From Defluviitaleaceae bacterium (GTDB lineage Bacteria > Bacillota > Clostridia > Lachnospirales > WRAX01): a DNA stretch of 64,000 nucleotides. Under the pieces are notes generated by a model, which did no database searches, was not told the DNA's origin, and saw only the letters and a program-made list of their open reading frames with translations. Below are positions 1 to 8,899 of this stretch, piece after piece. A program made the translations under genes and the position numbers. The stretch's first letter is position 1; the number at the start of each line of letters is the position of its first letter. The stretch spans positions 4,775-68,774 of the forward strand of contig WRBJ01000005.1 of NCBI GenBank assembly GCA_009784615.1, written 5' to 3'.

Positions 1-48
1 ACAACATAAAAACTCTCCAAAATACTATATTATAAGAAGGGTTTCTTT

Positions 49-150
49 ATGAAGAAAACCACACGTTTAAAGCAATTTGTATCTGCGGTATTGGCAGGGG
101 TGATGATGTTTTCTATTTTGTTGCCTGTGCAAGCTACAAACAAAGTATAA
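49..150 (+). CDS. possible 33-aa small ORF, signal-peptide-like (MKKTTRLKQFVSAVLAGVMMFSILLPVQATNKV)
   Basis: ATG at 49 with AAGAAGGG about 7 nt upstream. Basic N-terminus, hydrophobic core and VQA motif. Below the ORF-track size cutoff and no family recognised. Confidence 0.2.
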   Translation: MKKTTRLKQFVSAVLAGVMMFSILLPVQATNKV

Positions 151-221
151 ATGCGTGAAACTACAGTAAAAGAGAGATATGTGCTGTTGCACAAAATTTT
201 TCGCAAAATGTAAAAAAGGGC

Positions 222-250
222 TTGCAATCGTTTTAATATTGTGATATACT
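222..250 (+). promoter_or_regulatory. sigma-A-type promoter of the nusA operon (TTGCAA-17 bp-TATACT with TG extension)
   Basis: TTGCAA at 222-227, 17-bp spacer, TGaTATACT with the -10 at 245-250, about 100 nt upstream of nusA. Confidence 0.55.
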
Positions 251-277
251 TTTTGTGTTCTTATCATATTTTGTGAC

Positions 278-312
278 AAGAGCGGGCATATGTCCGCTCT
301 TTAATTTATAAT
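278..312 (+). terminator. leader hairpin with interrupted U-tract; candidate attenuator upstream of nusA
   Basis: AAGAGCGG (278-285) pairs with CCGCTCTT (294-301), with inner G-U and C-G pairs. It is followed by TAATTTATAATT and lies between the promoter and the nusA RBS. Confidence 0.45.
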
Positions 313-348
313 TAGGAATTAACTTTATAGATATTGGAGGTAGGTAAT

Positions 349-1632
349 ATGCCCGCAAACAGTGAGCTAGTAACCACCATTGGGCTGATTGAAAAGGAAA
401 AAGGCATTGACAAAGAACAGCTTTTTGAAGCAATAGAATTTTCGCTTTTATCAGCTTGCAAAAAGCATTTTGGAACCAGCGAAAATATTCGTGCAACTAT
501 CGACAGAACAACAGGCGAAATTAAGGTTTTGGCACAGAAAACTATTGTTGATGAAGTGGAAAATAAGGTGTTGGAAATTTCTTTGGCAGACGCAAAGGAA
601 TTAAGCCTTGAGTATAATTTAGGTGATATTGTTGATGTGGTGGTAACACCAAAAGAATTTGGGCGTGTTTCTGCCCAAACCGCAAAACAGGTTGTTGTAC
701 AAAAACTGCGTGAAGCTGAGCGTAATATGATTATAGGCGAGTATAAAGACCGTGAGCTAAAGCTGGTCTCGGGCGTGGTAGAGCGTATAGAAAAACGCAA
801 TGTATATATAGCACAAGGCAAAACCGAGCTTATAATGCTACCCGTAGAGCAAATGCCAGGCGAAGATTATTTTCAAGGTCAACGCCTAAAGGTTGTTGTT
901 ATGGATGTGCGTGAAGGCAACCGTGGCGGACCTATGATAAGCGTATCACGTGCGCATCCAGAGCTTGTTGCGAGACTTTTTGAACAAGAAGTACCAGAAA
1001 TTGGCGATGGAACAATTGCAATAAAAGCCGTGGCACGTGAGGCGGGCTTTAGGACGAAAATTGCCGTTAGCTCTACAAATGAAGATGTTGATGCTGTCGG
1101 CTCTTGCGTTGGTGCAAATGGTCAACGTGTAAACACGATTGTAGATGAACTAAATGGAGAAAAAATTGACATTATCAACCATTCTGCCGACCCACGTGAA
1201 TTTATTGCCGCAAGCCTTTCGCCCGCCGCTGTGCTGGCTGTACGAATTGAAGAAAGCGGAAAGATGGCAAAAATTGTAGTACCCGACAGCCAATTATCGC
1301 TTGCTATCGGACGTGAAGGTCAAAATGCACGTCTAGCGGCAAAATTGACGGGTTATCGTATTGATATTAAATCGCAAAATAAAGCCGAAGAAGAAAATTT
1401 TGTAGAGCCACAAGATTATTTGGATTATAAAACAGAAAAAGACGATTCTGTAAGCGTAAGCGAATATGCAGAAGCCGCCGCCGAATTTTACGAATACAGC
1501 AATGAAGACGAATATTACGACGACGAATATGACGATGAAGAATATTACGACGATGAAGAATATTACGACGACGAATATGACGATGAAGAATACGAACAAG
1601 CCGAAAAGCCAGAAGGTGATACCGATAAATAA
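349..1632 (+). CDS. nusA: transcription termination/antitermination factor NusA with an acidic Tyr/Asp/Glu C-terminal tail
   Basis: GGAGGT at 336-341 favours ATG 349. NusA-like S1/KH sequence (GREGQNARLAAKLTGYRIDIK). Canonical nusA-ylxR-ylxQ-infB-rbfA context. Confidence 0.95.
   Translation: MPANSELVTTIGLIEKEKGIDKEQLFEAIEFSLLSACKKHFGTSENIRATIDRTTGEIKVLAQKTIVDEVENKVLEISLADAKELSLEYNLGDIVDVVVTPKEFGRVSAQTAKQVVVQKLREAERNMIIGEYKDRELKLVSGVVERIEKRNVYIAQGKTELIMLPVEQMPGEDYFQGQRLKVVVMDVREGNRGGPMISVSRAHPELVARLFEQEVPEIGDGTIAIKAVAREAGFRTKIAVSSTNEDVDAVGSCVGANGQRVNTIVDELNGEKIDIINHSADPREFIAASLSPAAVLAVRIEESGKMAKIVVPDSQLSLAIGREGQNARLAAKLTGYRIDIKSQNKAEEENFVEPQDYLDYKTEKDDSVSVSEYAEAAAEFYEYSNEDEYYDDEYDDEEYYDDEEYYDDEYDDEEYEQAEKPEGDTDK
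1510..1592 (+). repeat. direct repeat inside the nusA 3' end (identical 35-nt unit at 1510-1544 and 1558-1592, 48-nt period)
   Basis: GAATATTACGACGACGAATATGACGATGAAGAATA occurs twice. It encodes the EYYDDEYDDEEY repeats. Confidence 0.9.
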
Positions 1633-1909
1633 AACAAAAGGCATTGCAGGTTCTAAAAAAGGAAATACAAGCGAAAGACGATGTGTTGGTTGCAGGCAAA
1701 TGGTTGATAAAAGAGAACTTGTGCGTATTGTACGTAACACAGACGGCGATTTCTCTATAGACGAAACAAAAAAAGCCGCCGGACGTGGCGCATATCTTTG
1801 TAAAAACGCCGATTGCGTAGCCGCCGCAATTAAAAATCGTGGCCTAGATAGGTCTTTTAAAGGAAAAGTGCCTTCATATATTTATGACGGGATTGCAGGT
1901 AAAATTTAA
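1583..1909 (+). CDS. ylxR: YlxR/RnpM (DUF448) family RNA-binding protein; start codon uncertain
   Basis: RRCVGCR and GRGAYLC motifs and position between nusA and ylxQ. There is no ATG/GTG/TTG between the nusA stop (1632) and the CVGC motif. The nearest in-frame ATG is 1583, inside nusA. Confidence 0.75.
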   Translation: MKNTNKPKSQKVIPINKTKGIAGSKKGNTSERRCVGCRQMVDKRELVRIVRNTDGDFSIDETKKAAGRGAYLCKNADCVAAAIKNRGLDRSFKGKVPSYIYDGIAGKI

Positions 1910-2250
1910 TGAATAATACAAACGAAAAGCGTATTTTGTCTATGCTTAGCTTGGCAAAAAAGGCAGGTAAAATAATAACGGGTGAAGATGGCTGTGTTAA
2001 AGCTATACAAAAAGATAATGCAAAATTGGTTTTGGTTGCCACAGACGCATCCGACAACACAAAAAAGAAATTTAACGACAAAACCAAATTTTATAATGTG
2101 CCTATACACAGCATATTTACAAAGGAGATGGTATCGGCAAATATAGGTTTGCAAAACCGAGCCACAATCGTAATTACTGACGAAGGCTTCGGTTCAAAAA
2201 TTGAAGATTTGATTGTGAAAGGGTGGACAAATGGCGAAGAAACGCATTAA
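1909..2250 (+). CDS. ylxQ: L7Ae/L30e-family RNA-binding protein YlxQ
   Basis: [16 protein letters not shown] and LVLVATDAS motifs. The ATG overlaps the ylxR stop (TAATG). Conserved position upstream of infB. Confidence 0.85.
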   Translation: MNNTNEKRILSMLSLAKKAGKIITGEDGCVKAIQKDNAKLVLVATDASDNTKKKFNDKTKFYNVPIHSIFTKEMVSANIGLQNRATIVITDEGFGSKIEDLIVKGWTNGEETH

Positions 2251-5029
2251 CGAAATAGCCAAAGATTTAGGGGTAACATCAAAGGAAATAATAGGCTTTT
2301 TACCCCAAGTAAACATAGAAGGAAAAACAACACATTCTCATAGCCTAGAGGGTGCTGAAATTCAAAAGGTTATGGCGCATTTTGGCGAAAAACCAGAGAA
2401 AATAGAAAAGCCTATGGAAAAAGCTCCAAAGGCTGATATTGTTGTGGAAAAACCAAAAGAGGAAAAACCTCAACAACCTCAACAACCAAAAACAGAACAT
2501 ATTAAAGGTAGCGAGCAACGCCCGCCACGTTTAGACGAAAACGGCAACCCAATACCAAGAAAACCACGCCCACTAGGCGCAGACGGCAAACCATTACCTC
2601 GCCCTGTACGCTACGACGAAAACGGCAATCCAATCCCATGCAAACCACGCCCACTAGGTGCTGATGGCAAGCCTTTGCCACGCTTGGATGCAAATGGCAA
2701 ACCATTGCCAAGAAAACCACGCCCACTAGGCGCAGACGGCAAACCATTACCTCGCCAAGACAGACCGCAGGGTGATAGACCCCGTGGCGACCGTCCGCAA
2801 TACGGCGACAGACCACGCCAACAAGGCGACAGACCACAAGGGCAACGTGACAGACAGTTTGGCGACCGCCCACCACGCCCGCAGGGTGATAGACCACCAC
2901 GCCCACAAGGCGACCGTCCGCAATACGGCGACAGACCAAGACCACAAGGCGACAGACCACAATACGGAAACAACCGTCCACAAGGACAAGGTGGACAACG
3001 TCAAGACTGGGGCAAAAAAGACGGCGGCAACCGCTCGCAAGGCGGCGGATTTAAACAGGATATTCCTGCTGTAGGCGGCGGACGCTCTGGCGGCACTTTC
3101 GGCAAAGGCAAAACCAACGACAAAAAAACAGAGCAGCCACCAGATAAACACGGCAGAAGGCAAAAATTGGAAGCAGGCAAAAAAGACCGCCGACACGACC
3201 CAAGAACCGACGACCGTGAAAAGGCTTTAGAACTACAAAGAAAAACCAAACAACAACAGGCTTCTAACGAGCCAAAGGTTATACAAATTCCTACCACGCT
3301 TACGCTTAAAGAGCTAGCGGAAGTAATGAACAAACAAGGTGCAGAGCTTGTTAAAAACCTATTTAAAAAAGGCGAAATGATAACGCTAACGCAAGAGATT
3401 TCTTTTGAAAAAGCTGAAGAAATTGCCATCGAATATAATATTTTGGCGGAACTAAAGGTTGAAGTTGACATTTTAGAAGAAGTTTTTGCAGAAGAAGACG
3501 AAAGCGAAGAAATGCTTCAAGAACGCCCGCCGGTTGTGGTTGTTATGGGACACGTTGACCACGGCAAAACATCGCTTTTGGATGCTATACGCAAAACAGA
3601 TGTGGTAGAAGGCGAAGCAGGCGGCATAACACAACACATAGGTGCATACACCGTTACAATAAACGACCGCCCAATCACTTTCCTAGACACACCAGGACAC
3701 GAGGCGTTTACAGCTATGCGTATGCGTGGCGCACAGGTTACAGATATTGCCATACTGGTAGTAGCCGCAGACGATGGCGTAATGCCGCAAACCATAGAAG
3801 CCATAAGCCATGCCAAAGCCGCAGGTGTCGAAATAATCGTTGCCATCAACAAAATAGACAAACCAGCCGCAGACCCATCACGTGTTATGCAAGAGCTTAC
3901 AGAATACGAGCTTGTCGCAGAAGAATACGGCGGGCAAACCATTTGCGCCCCTGTTTCTGCCAAAACACGTGATGGATTGGAAAATCTGCTAGAAATGGTC
4001 TTGCTTGTAACCGATATGAAGGAATATAAAGCAAACCCCAACAAAAACGCACGTGGCACGGTTATTGAAGCCCAGCTTGATAAAGGCAGAGGACCAGTTG
4101 CGACAGTTTTGGTAAAATCTGGCACACTTGAAATTGGGCAACCAATCGTGGCTGGCACAGCCCACGGTCGTGTACGTGCTATGCTCAATGATAAAGGACA
4201 AAAGGTAACAAGCGCAGGACCTTCCGTACCTGTAGAAATCCTTGGTTTAACAAGCGTTCCTTCTGTCGGTGACTTGTTCTTTGCCGCTAAAAGCGAAAAA
4301 GAAGCACGATACGTTGCCGAAAATATAATAAGCAAACAACGTGTCAAAATGCTTGAGGAAACACCGCAAAAGGTGTCGCTTGACGACCTGTTTAACCAAA
4401 TCCAGGCGGGCAAGGTTAAAGAGCTTAATCTTATCATCAAAGCAGACGTTGGCGGCTCTGTTGAAGCGGTTAAAGCCAGTCTTGAAAAACTTTCCAATAA
4501 CGAAGTGCGCATACGCACAATTTTGGGCGGTGTTGGTGCTGTTACAGAAAGTGACGTAATGCTTGCGTCTGCTTCAAATGCGATTATAATAGGCTTTAAC
4601 GTGCGACCAGAACCTGCGGCAAAAGCCATAGCAGAAGAACAATTGGTTGACATACGCCTATATCGTGTAATCTATAATGCAATTGATGACGTAAAAGCAG
4701 CGATGATTGGTATGCTAGACCCAATTTTTGAAGAAAAAATTATAGGGCATGCCACAATACGCCAAATTTTCAAAGCGTCAGGCATTGGCACTATCGGTGG
4801 CGCATATGTTACCGACGGCAAAATAACACGCTCAGCACAGGTGCGCATATTGCGTGATAATATTGTTGTTTACGAAGGAACACTTGACACACTTCGCCGC
4901 TTCAAAGACGATGTGCGAGAGGTGTTGACCAACTACGAATGTGGTTTGGTGATAAGCAAATTTAACGACATCAAAGAAGGCGATGTGGTTGAAGCTTTTG
5001 TAATGGAAGAAATAAAGCGTACATCATAG
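2231..5029 (+). CDS. infB: translation initiation factor IF-2
   Basis: G-domain motifs [24 protein letters not shown]. 932 aa with a Pro/Arg/Gly-rich repetitive N-terminal region. Confidence 0.97.
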   Translation: MAKKRINEIAKDLGVTSKEIIGFLPQVNIEGKTTHSHSLEGAEIQKVMAHFGEKPEKIEKPMEKAPKADIVVEKPKEEKPQQPQQPKTEHIKGSEQRPPRLDENGNPIPRKPRPLGADGKPLPRPVRYDENGNPIPCKPRPLGADGKPLPRLDANGKPLPRKPRPLGADGKPLPRQDRPQGDRPRGDRPQYGDRPRQQGDRPQGQRDRQFGDRPPRPQGDRPPRPQGDRPQYGDRPRPQGDRPQYGNNRPQGQGGQRQDWGKKDGGNRSQGGGFKQDIPAVGGGRSGGTFGKGKTNDKKTEQPPDKHGRRQKLEAGKKDRRHDPRTDDREKALELQRKTKQQQASNEPKVIQIPTTLTLKELAEVMNKQGAELVKNLFKKGEMITLTQEISFEKAEEIAIEYNILAELKVEVDILEEVFAEEDESEEMLQERPPVVVVMGHVDHGKTSLLDAIRKTDVVEGEAGGITQHIGAYTVTINDRPITFLDTPGHEAFTAMRMRGAQVTDIAILVVAADDGVMPQTIEAISHAKAAGVEIIVAINKIDKPAADPSRVMQELTEYELVAEEYGGQTICAPVSAKTRDGLENLLEMVLLVTDMKEYKANPNKNARGTVIEAQLDKGRGPVATVLVKSGTLEIGQPIVAGTAHGRVRAMLNDKGQKVTSAGPSVPVEILGLTSVPSVGDLFFAAKSEKEARYVAENIISKQRVKMLEETPQKVSLDDLFNQIQAGKVKELNLIIKADVGGSVEAVKASLEKLSNNEVRIRTILGGVGAVTESDVMLASASNAIIIGFNVRPEPAAKAIAEEQLVDIRLYRVIYNAIDDVKAAMIGMLDPIFEEKIIGHATIRQIFKASGIGTIGGAYVTDGKITRSAQVRILRDNIVVYEGTLDTLRRFKDDVREVLTNYECGLVISKFNDIKEGDVVEAFVMEEIKRTS
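2520..2990 (+). repeat. in-frame low-complexity repeats in the infB N-terminal region ([21 protein letters not shown] units, then [10 protein letters not shown] units)
   Basis: Repeated peptide units are visible in the translation. The same DNA generates spurious long ORFs on the opposite strand and in the other frames. Confidence 0.85.
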
Positions 5030-5042
5030 GAGGTACTAAAAA

Positions 5043-5399
5043 ATGCGTGACAGAAGATTAATAAGAGTAAATGAAGAAATTCAAAACGAACTTAATGTAA
5101 TTTTGCGTGCAGGCATCCAAGACCCACGTTTCCAAGCAATGACGAGCTGTGTGCGTGTCGAAACCACGACAGATTTGAGCTTCGCAAAGGCTTTTATCAG
5201 CGTAATGGGTGATGACGAGCAAAAGCAAAAAACAATGGAAGCATTAGAATCTGCAAAAGGGCATATCCGCAGTACAATAGCTTCTGCAATTAACTTGCGA
5301 CAAACGCCCGAATTTACGTTTATTTTGGACGACAGCCTTGACCACAGCTTCCGTATTAACGAAGCCTTGGATAGTCTTACAAAAGAGGGCGACGAGTAA
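5043..5399 (+). CDS. rbfA: ribosome-binding factor A
   Basis: 118 aa, RbfA-like sequence (RVNEEIQNELNVIL), directly downstream of infB. Confidence 0.9.
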   Translation: MRDRRLIRVNEEIQNELNVILRAGIQDPRFQAMTSCVRVETTTDLSFAKAFISVMGDDEQKQKTMEALESAKGHIRSTIASAINLRQTPEFTFILDDSLDHSFRINEALDSLTKEGDE

Positions 5400-6358
5400 T
5401 GCATACCTCGCCTGCTAAAATTTGGCACGAGCTAACCAAAAACGGCGAAAATATAATAATAGCCGCCCACCACGGACCAGACGGCGATGCGGTGGGGGCT
5501 TGTTTTGCTTTGGCTTTAGCACTTGACAAGCAAGGCTTATCGCCAAAAGTAATGCTTGACAAATACAATGCAAAATTAGATATTGTGCGTGGCAAAGAAT
5601 ATATTTATGACGGCGACAAAACCGCATTAGTTGCCGATGTTTTGGTTGTGGTGGATTGTGGCGATTTTAGCCGCATCAGTGGTGTAGAAGATATTTTTGA
5701 ACGTGCCGAGGTTACAGTTAATATCGACCATCATATAAGCAATAACGGTTTTTCGCAACATAATTATGTGGATGCGGCAGTGGGTTCAACTTGCGAATTA
5801 GTTTATGATATTTTACAACCAAATATCGAGATTTGCAAGGATATTGCAGGTGCATTATATATGGGAATAGTCAGCGATACAGGCATTTTTCGTTATTCTG
5901 CCACGACATCTAAAACAATGCGCATTGTTGCCGATTTAATGCAGACAGATATAAATTTTGGCGCAATACAGCAATCTGTTATGCATAGCCGTACAAAGGC
6001 AGAAAATGCCATTTTTACACGTGCATTACAAAAAATAACTTATATTGACAATATAACATACACTATCATCACGCAAAAAGACTTGCAAGAAACAGGGGCG
6101 GCATATGCTGATTTAGACGGCATTGTCGAATATCTGCTTAATATAGAAGGTACAAAGGCGGCAGTGTTTTTTACCGAACGCACAAATGGGCGAATTAAAG
6201 CTAGTTTTCGTGGTCGTGATGTGGATGTAAATGTGGTTGCAACGGCTTTTGGCGGCGGCGGGCATAAATTTGCAGCAGCAGCAAGTTTTGAAAGCAGTTT
6301 GGATAAAGGTGTTGCGGCGGTTTTGGTGCACTTGCAAAAGGTTGTGGGTAATGTATAA
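5399..6358 (+). CDS. nrnA: DHH/DHHA1 phosphoesterase, NrnA-like oligoribonuclease/pAp phosphatase
   Basis: DHH motif (NIDHHISN) and DHHA1 GGGH motif (FGGGGHKFAAA). The start overlaps the rbfA stop. Confidence 0.8.
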   Translation: MHTSPAKIWHELTKNGENIIIAAHHGPDGDAVGACFALALALDKQGLSPKVMLDKYNAKLDIVRGKEYIYDGDKTALVADVLVVVDCGDFSRISGVEDIFERAEVTVNIDHHISNNGFSQHNYVDAAVGSTCELVYDILQPNIEICKDIAGALYMGIVSDTGIFRYSATTSKTMRIVADLMQTDINFGAIQQSVMHSRTKAENAIFTRALQKITYIDNITYTIITQKDLQETGAAYADLDGIVEYLLNIEGTKAAVFFTERTNGRIKASFRGRDVDVNVVATAFGGGGHKFAAAASFESSLDKGVAAVLVHLQKVVGNV

Positions 6359-7244
6359 CGGTATAATAAATATATACAAACAACGTGGTTTTACATCAAA
6401 TGATGTTGTACAAGTTGTGAAAAAATTAACAAAATCTAAAGCAGGACATACAGGCACATTAGACCCGCAAGCAACAGGCGTTTTGCCTATTTGTTTGGGC
6501 AAGGCGACAAAAATTGCGGATTACATTATGGGTGCGGACAAGCAGTATATCGCAAAGGTCGTTTTGGGGTCATCTACTGATACACAAGATGCCCACGGCG
6601 TGGCTACCTTGCAGTCTAGCAAGCGTGTAGCGCAGGGCGATATTGAGGCGGTTTTGACCCACTTTTTTGGAGAAATTTTACAGTTACCTCCAATGTATTC
6701 CGCAATAAAAGTTGATGGAAAACGGCTCTACGAGCAAGCTAGAGCCGGTATTGATGTAGAGCGCAAGCCACGGCAGATTTTTATCCATAATTTAGAAGTT
6801 TTACGGTGGAATTTAGACGATTTTCCGCAATCTTTTGTATTGCGTGTGGACTGCTCTAAAGGTACATATATCCGTACTTTGTGCAATGATTTGGGCGAAC
6901 AGCTTGGGTGTTTTGCGCATATGGGCGATTTGTTGCGTACAAAAAGCGGTAATTTTGGTATAAATAATGCGATAACACTTGATAAATTACGTAAAATTAT
7001 GGATAATGGCAATTTAGACAGATATTTGCTTCCGATGGAAGATGCACTTTCGCATTTGCCGATGGTTAATATGACTGAAGAAGCACAGAAATATATAGAA
7101 AACGGCAATAAACTTGAGAAAAAGTGGTCGATAAATAATTTTAACGATGGAACTTACTTAATTATCGACTATAAAGGTGATTTGGTGGGGATTTATCGTT
7201 GTGAAGACGACATTTTGAAACCAATTACAATGCTAAGGATTTGA
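6351..7244 (+). CDS. truB: tRNA pseudouridine-55 synthase TruB
   Basis: MYNGIINIYKQRGFTSNDVV start and GHTGTLDP catalytic-Asp motif. The track ORF starting at 6231 is an upstream extension into nrnA. Confidence 0.93.
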   Translation: MYNGIINIYKQRGFTSNDVVQVVKKLTKSKAGHTGTLDPQATGVLPICLGKATKIADYIMGADKQYIAKVVLGSSTDTQDAHGVATLQSSKRVAQGDIEAVLTHFFGEILQLPPMYSAIKVDGKRLYEQARAGIDVERKPRQIFIHNLEVLRWNLDDFPQSFVLRVDCSKGTYIRTLCNDLGEQLGCFAHMGDLLRTKSGNFGINNAITLDKLRKIMDNGNLDRYLLPMEDALSHLPMVNMTEEAQKYIENGNKLEKKWSINNFNDGTYLIIDYKGDLVGIYRCEDDILKPITMLRI

Positions 7245-7257
7245 GGTGCGGGTTTTA

Positions 7258-8172
7258 ATGCAAATTTTCACTGATAAAAACGTGGATATTACCGCCGCTA
7301 CGGCGGTTTCTATAGGCAAATTTGACGGTGTGCATCGTGGTCATATTGCCCTGCTTGACGAACTAAAGCACGTTGCCTCCAAAAAAGGCTTAAAGACGCT
7401 TGTTTTGACGTTTTCGCCGCATCCTATGGCATTTTTTACTGGCAAACATTTTCCGACCATATTGGAACCCGCCGAAAAGTTAGAAATTATCCGCAATTTG
7501 GGCATTGATTACTATGTGGAATATACATTTGACGCAAAATTTGCACAAACCGAACCAGAGGCATTTTTGCGCAATATTTTGCACGATAAGCTAAAAGGTC
7601 AAGCTATGGTCATTGCGCAGGATTATCGTTTTGGCAAGATGGGCAAGGGTAATGCGGACTTGGCTCGAAAAGTTGGCGACGAACTTGGTATTGCGGTTTC
7701 TGCTATACCGCATATTTTGCACGACGGGCATAAAATTGGGTCTGAATATTTGCGCAAGCTAATAACCGAGAAGAATTTTACACTTATTAGCGAACTTTGT
7801 GGGCGTGATTTTTGTGTTTCGGGCATTGTTGGCAGTGGTGCGCAAAATGGACGCAAAATGGGCTTTCCTACCGCAAATATTAAACCGCACCCTGATAAAA
7901 TATTGCCGCCAAACAGCGTTTATGCCACCACGACGATAATTGACAAAATTGCGTATAAATCTATAACAAATATTGGTTTTCGTCCAACGGTGGATTTGAC
8001 AAATGATGTTGCTACATTAGAAACGCATATTTTGGGGCTTGATGACAATTTATACGGCAAAAAGATTTCTGTTATTTTTGATAAATGGATGAGAGACGAG
8101 CGTAAATTTGCTAGTTTTGACGAATTATCAGCAGAGCTTGCCCGCAATTGCACGCAAAGGGAAATTATGTAA
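7258..8172 (+). CDS. ribF: bifunctional riboflavin kinase / FMN adenylyltransferase
   Basis: GKFDGVHRGH and GFPTANI motifs. GAGGTG lies 9 nt upstream of ATG 7258. GTG 7246 is the alternative start. Confidence 0.93.
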   Translation: MQIFTDKNVDITAATAVSIGKFDGVHRGHIALLDELKHVASKKGLKTLVLTFSPHPMAFFTGKHFPTILEPAEKLEIIRNLGIDYYVEYTFDAKFAQTEPEAFLRNILHDKLKGQAMVIAQDYRFGKMGKGNADLARKVGDELGIAVSAIPHILHDGHKIGSEYLRKLITEKNFTLISELCGRDFCVSGIVGSGAQNGRKMGFPTANIKPHPDKILPPNSVYATTTIIDKIAYKSITNIGFRPTVDLTNDVATLETHILGLDDNLYGKKISVIFDKWMRDERKFASFDELSAELARNCTQREIM

Positions 8173-8261
8173 TGAAAACAATTGTCGTGCCGATATTTCT
8201 TGGCTGGATTGTTTCGGGCTTGGCGTGCATTGGCTTAGGTAGGTGGCAGCCCTCGCAATGA
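8172..8261 (+). CDS. possible 29-aa hydrophobic small ORF translationally coupled to ribF (MKTIVVPIFLGWIVSGLACIGLGRWQPSQ)
   Basis: The ATG overlaps the ribF stop as TAATG. One predicted transmembrane-like segment. Below the ORF-track cutoff. Confidence 0.25.
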   Translation: MKTIVVPIFLGWIVSGLACIGLGRWQPSQ

Positions 8262-8287
8262 CGGGCAGTGCGGATGGGGGATGAAGA

Positions 8288-8893
8288 ATGAAATTGGTGT
8301 TTGGTACTACAAATGCTGGTAAAATTGAATTTATTAAGAGGCGGGTTGAAGGTTTGGGCGTTGAAATTTTGTGCCTTAATGATGTTAATGCGCCAAAATT
8401 ACATATTGAAGAATGTGGAAATAGTCCGCTTGAAAACGCCAAAATTAAGACATTGGCGTATTATGATGTTTTGCGTGTGCCGTTATTTTCGGCTGATAGC
8501 GGGCTTTATATTGATGGGCTGGACAACGCACGCCAACCTGGCATTAATGTGCGTGGCGAAGGCGACTGGATGGATGACGAACAGACTATTGCACATTATT
8601 CTGCATTAGCGGCGGAGCTTGGCGGGAAGATGAAGGCGCAATATAAAAACGCCATTTGCTTGATTGACAAAGATGGCGTAATGCACGAATATATGGGGGA
8701 TGATATTGCGTCTGAACCCTTTTATTTGGTGGAAAAACCGCATACTATACGGCGTAAGGGTTTTCCGCTTGATAGTCTTTCTGTGGATATTGCCAGCGGG
8801 ATGTATTATGATGATTTAGAGGATAATTCCAAATATTATATGGGTATGGCGGATGGTTTTGCTGAATTTTTTAAACGTGTGCTAGGCTTATAA
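8288..8893 (+). CDS. RdgB/HAM1-family non-canonical purine NTP pyrophosphatase-like protein
   Basis: FGTTNAGKIEF and SADSGL motifs typical of the Ham1/ITPase fold. GGGGGA RBS 6 nt upstream. Confidence 0.65.
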   Translation: MKLVFGTTNAGKIEFIKRRVEGLGVEILCLNDVNAPKLHIEECGNSPLENAKIKTLAYYDVLRVPLFSADSGLYIDGLDNARQPGINVRGEGDWMDDEQTIAHYSALAAELGGKMKAQYKNAICLIDKDGVMHEYMGDDIASEPFYLVEKPHTIRRKGFPLDSLSVDIASGMYYDDLEDNSKYYMGMADGFAEFFKRVLGL

Positions 8894-8899
8894 TAAGAG

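Noticed and set aside
1500-1600. Regularly spaced direct repeats considered as a possible CRISPR-like array
   Set aside because: There are only two 35-nt units at a 48-nt period, in frame within nusA, with no unique spacers. It is a coding repeat, not a CRISPR array.
1333-1740. 135-aa and 110-aa minus-strand ORFs across the nusA 3' repeats
   Set aside because: They are generated by the YDDE-coding repeat (poly-I/V/F translation). There is no start context, and the plus strand is clearly coding.
2502-3471. Cluster of 100-159-aa ORFs on both strands and in alternate frames within the infB 5' region
   Set aside because: They lie entirely inside the repetitive Pro/Arg/Gly-coding part of infB. 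They have low-complexity composition and no RBS. They are a typical artefact of GC-rich in-frame repeats.
3517-4653. 378-aa ORF antisense to the IF-2 G domain
   Set aside because: The opposite strand encodes unmistakable IF-2 GTPase motifs. The antisense product is Ser/Thr/Ala-rich with no recognisable motifs.
8128-8442. 104-aa minus-strand ORF spanning the ribF / HAM1-like junction
   Set aside because: It overlaps two well-supported plus-strand genes and has no RBS or recognisable domain.
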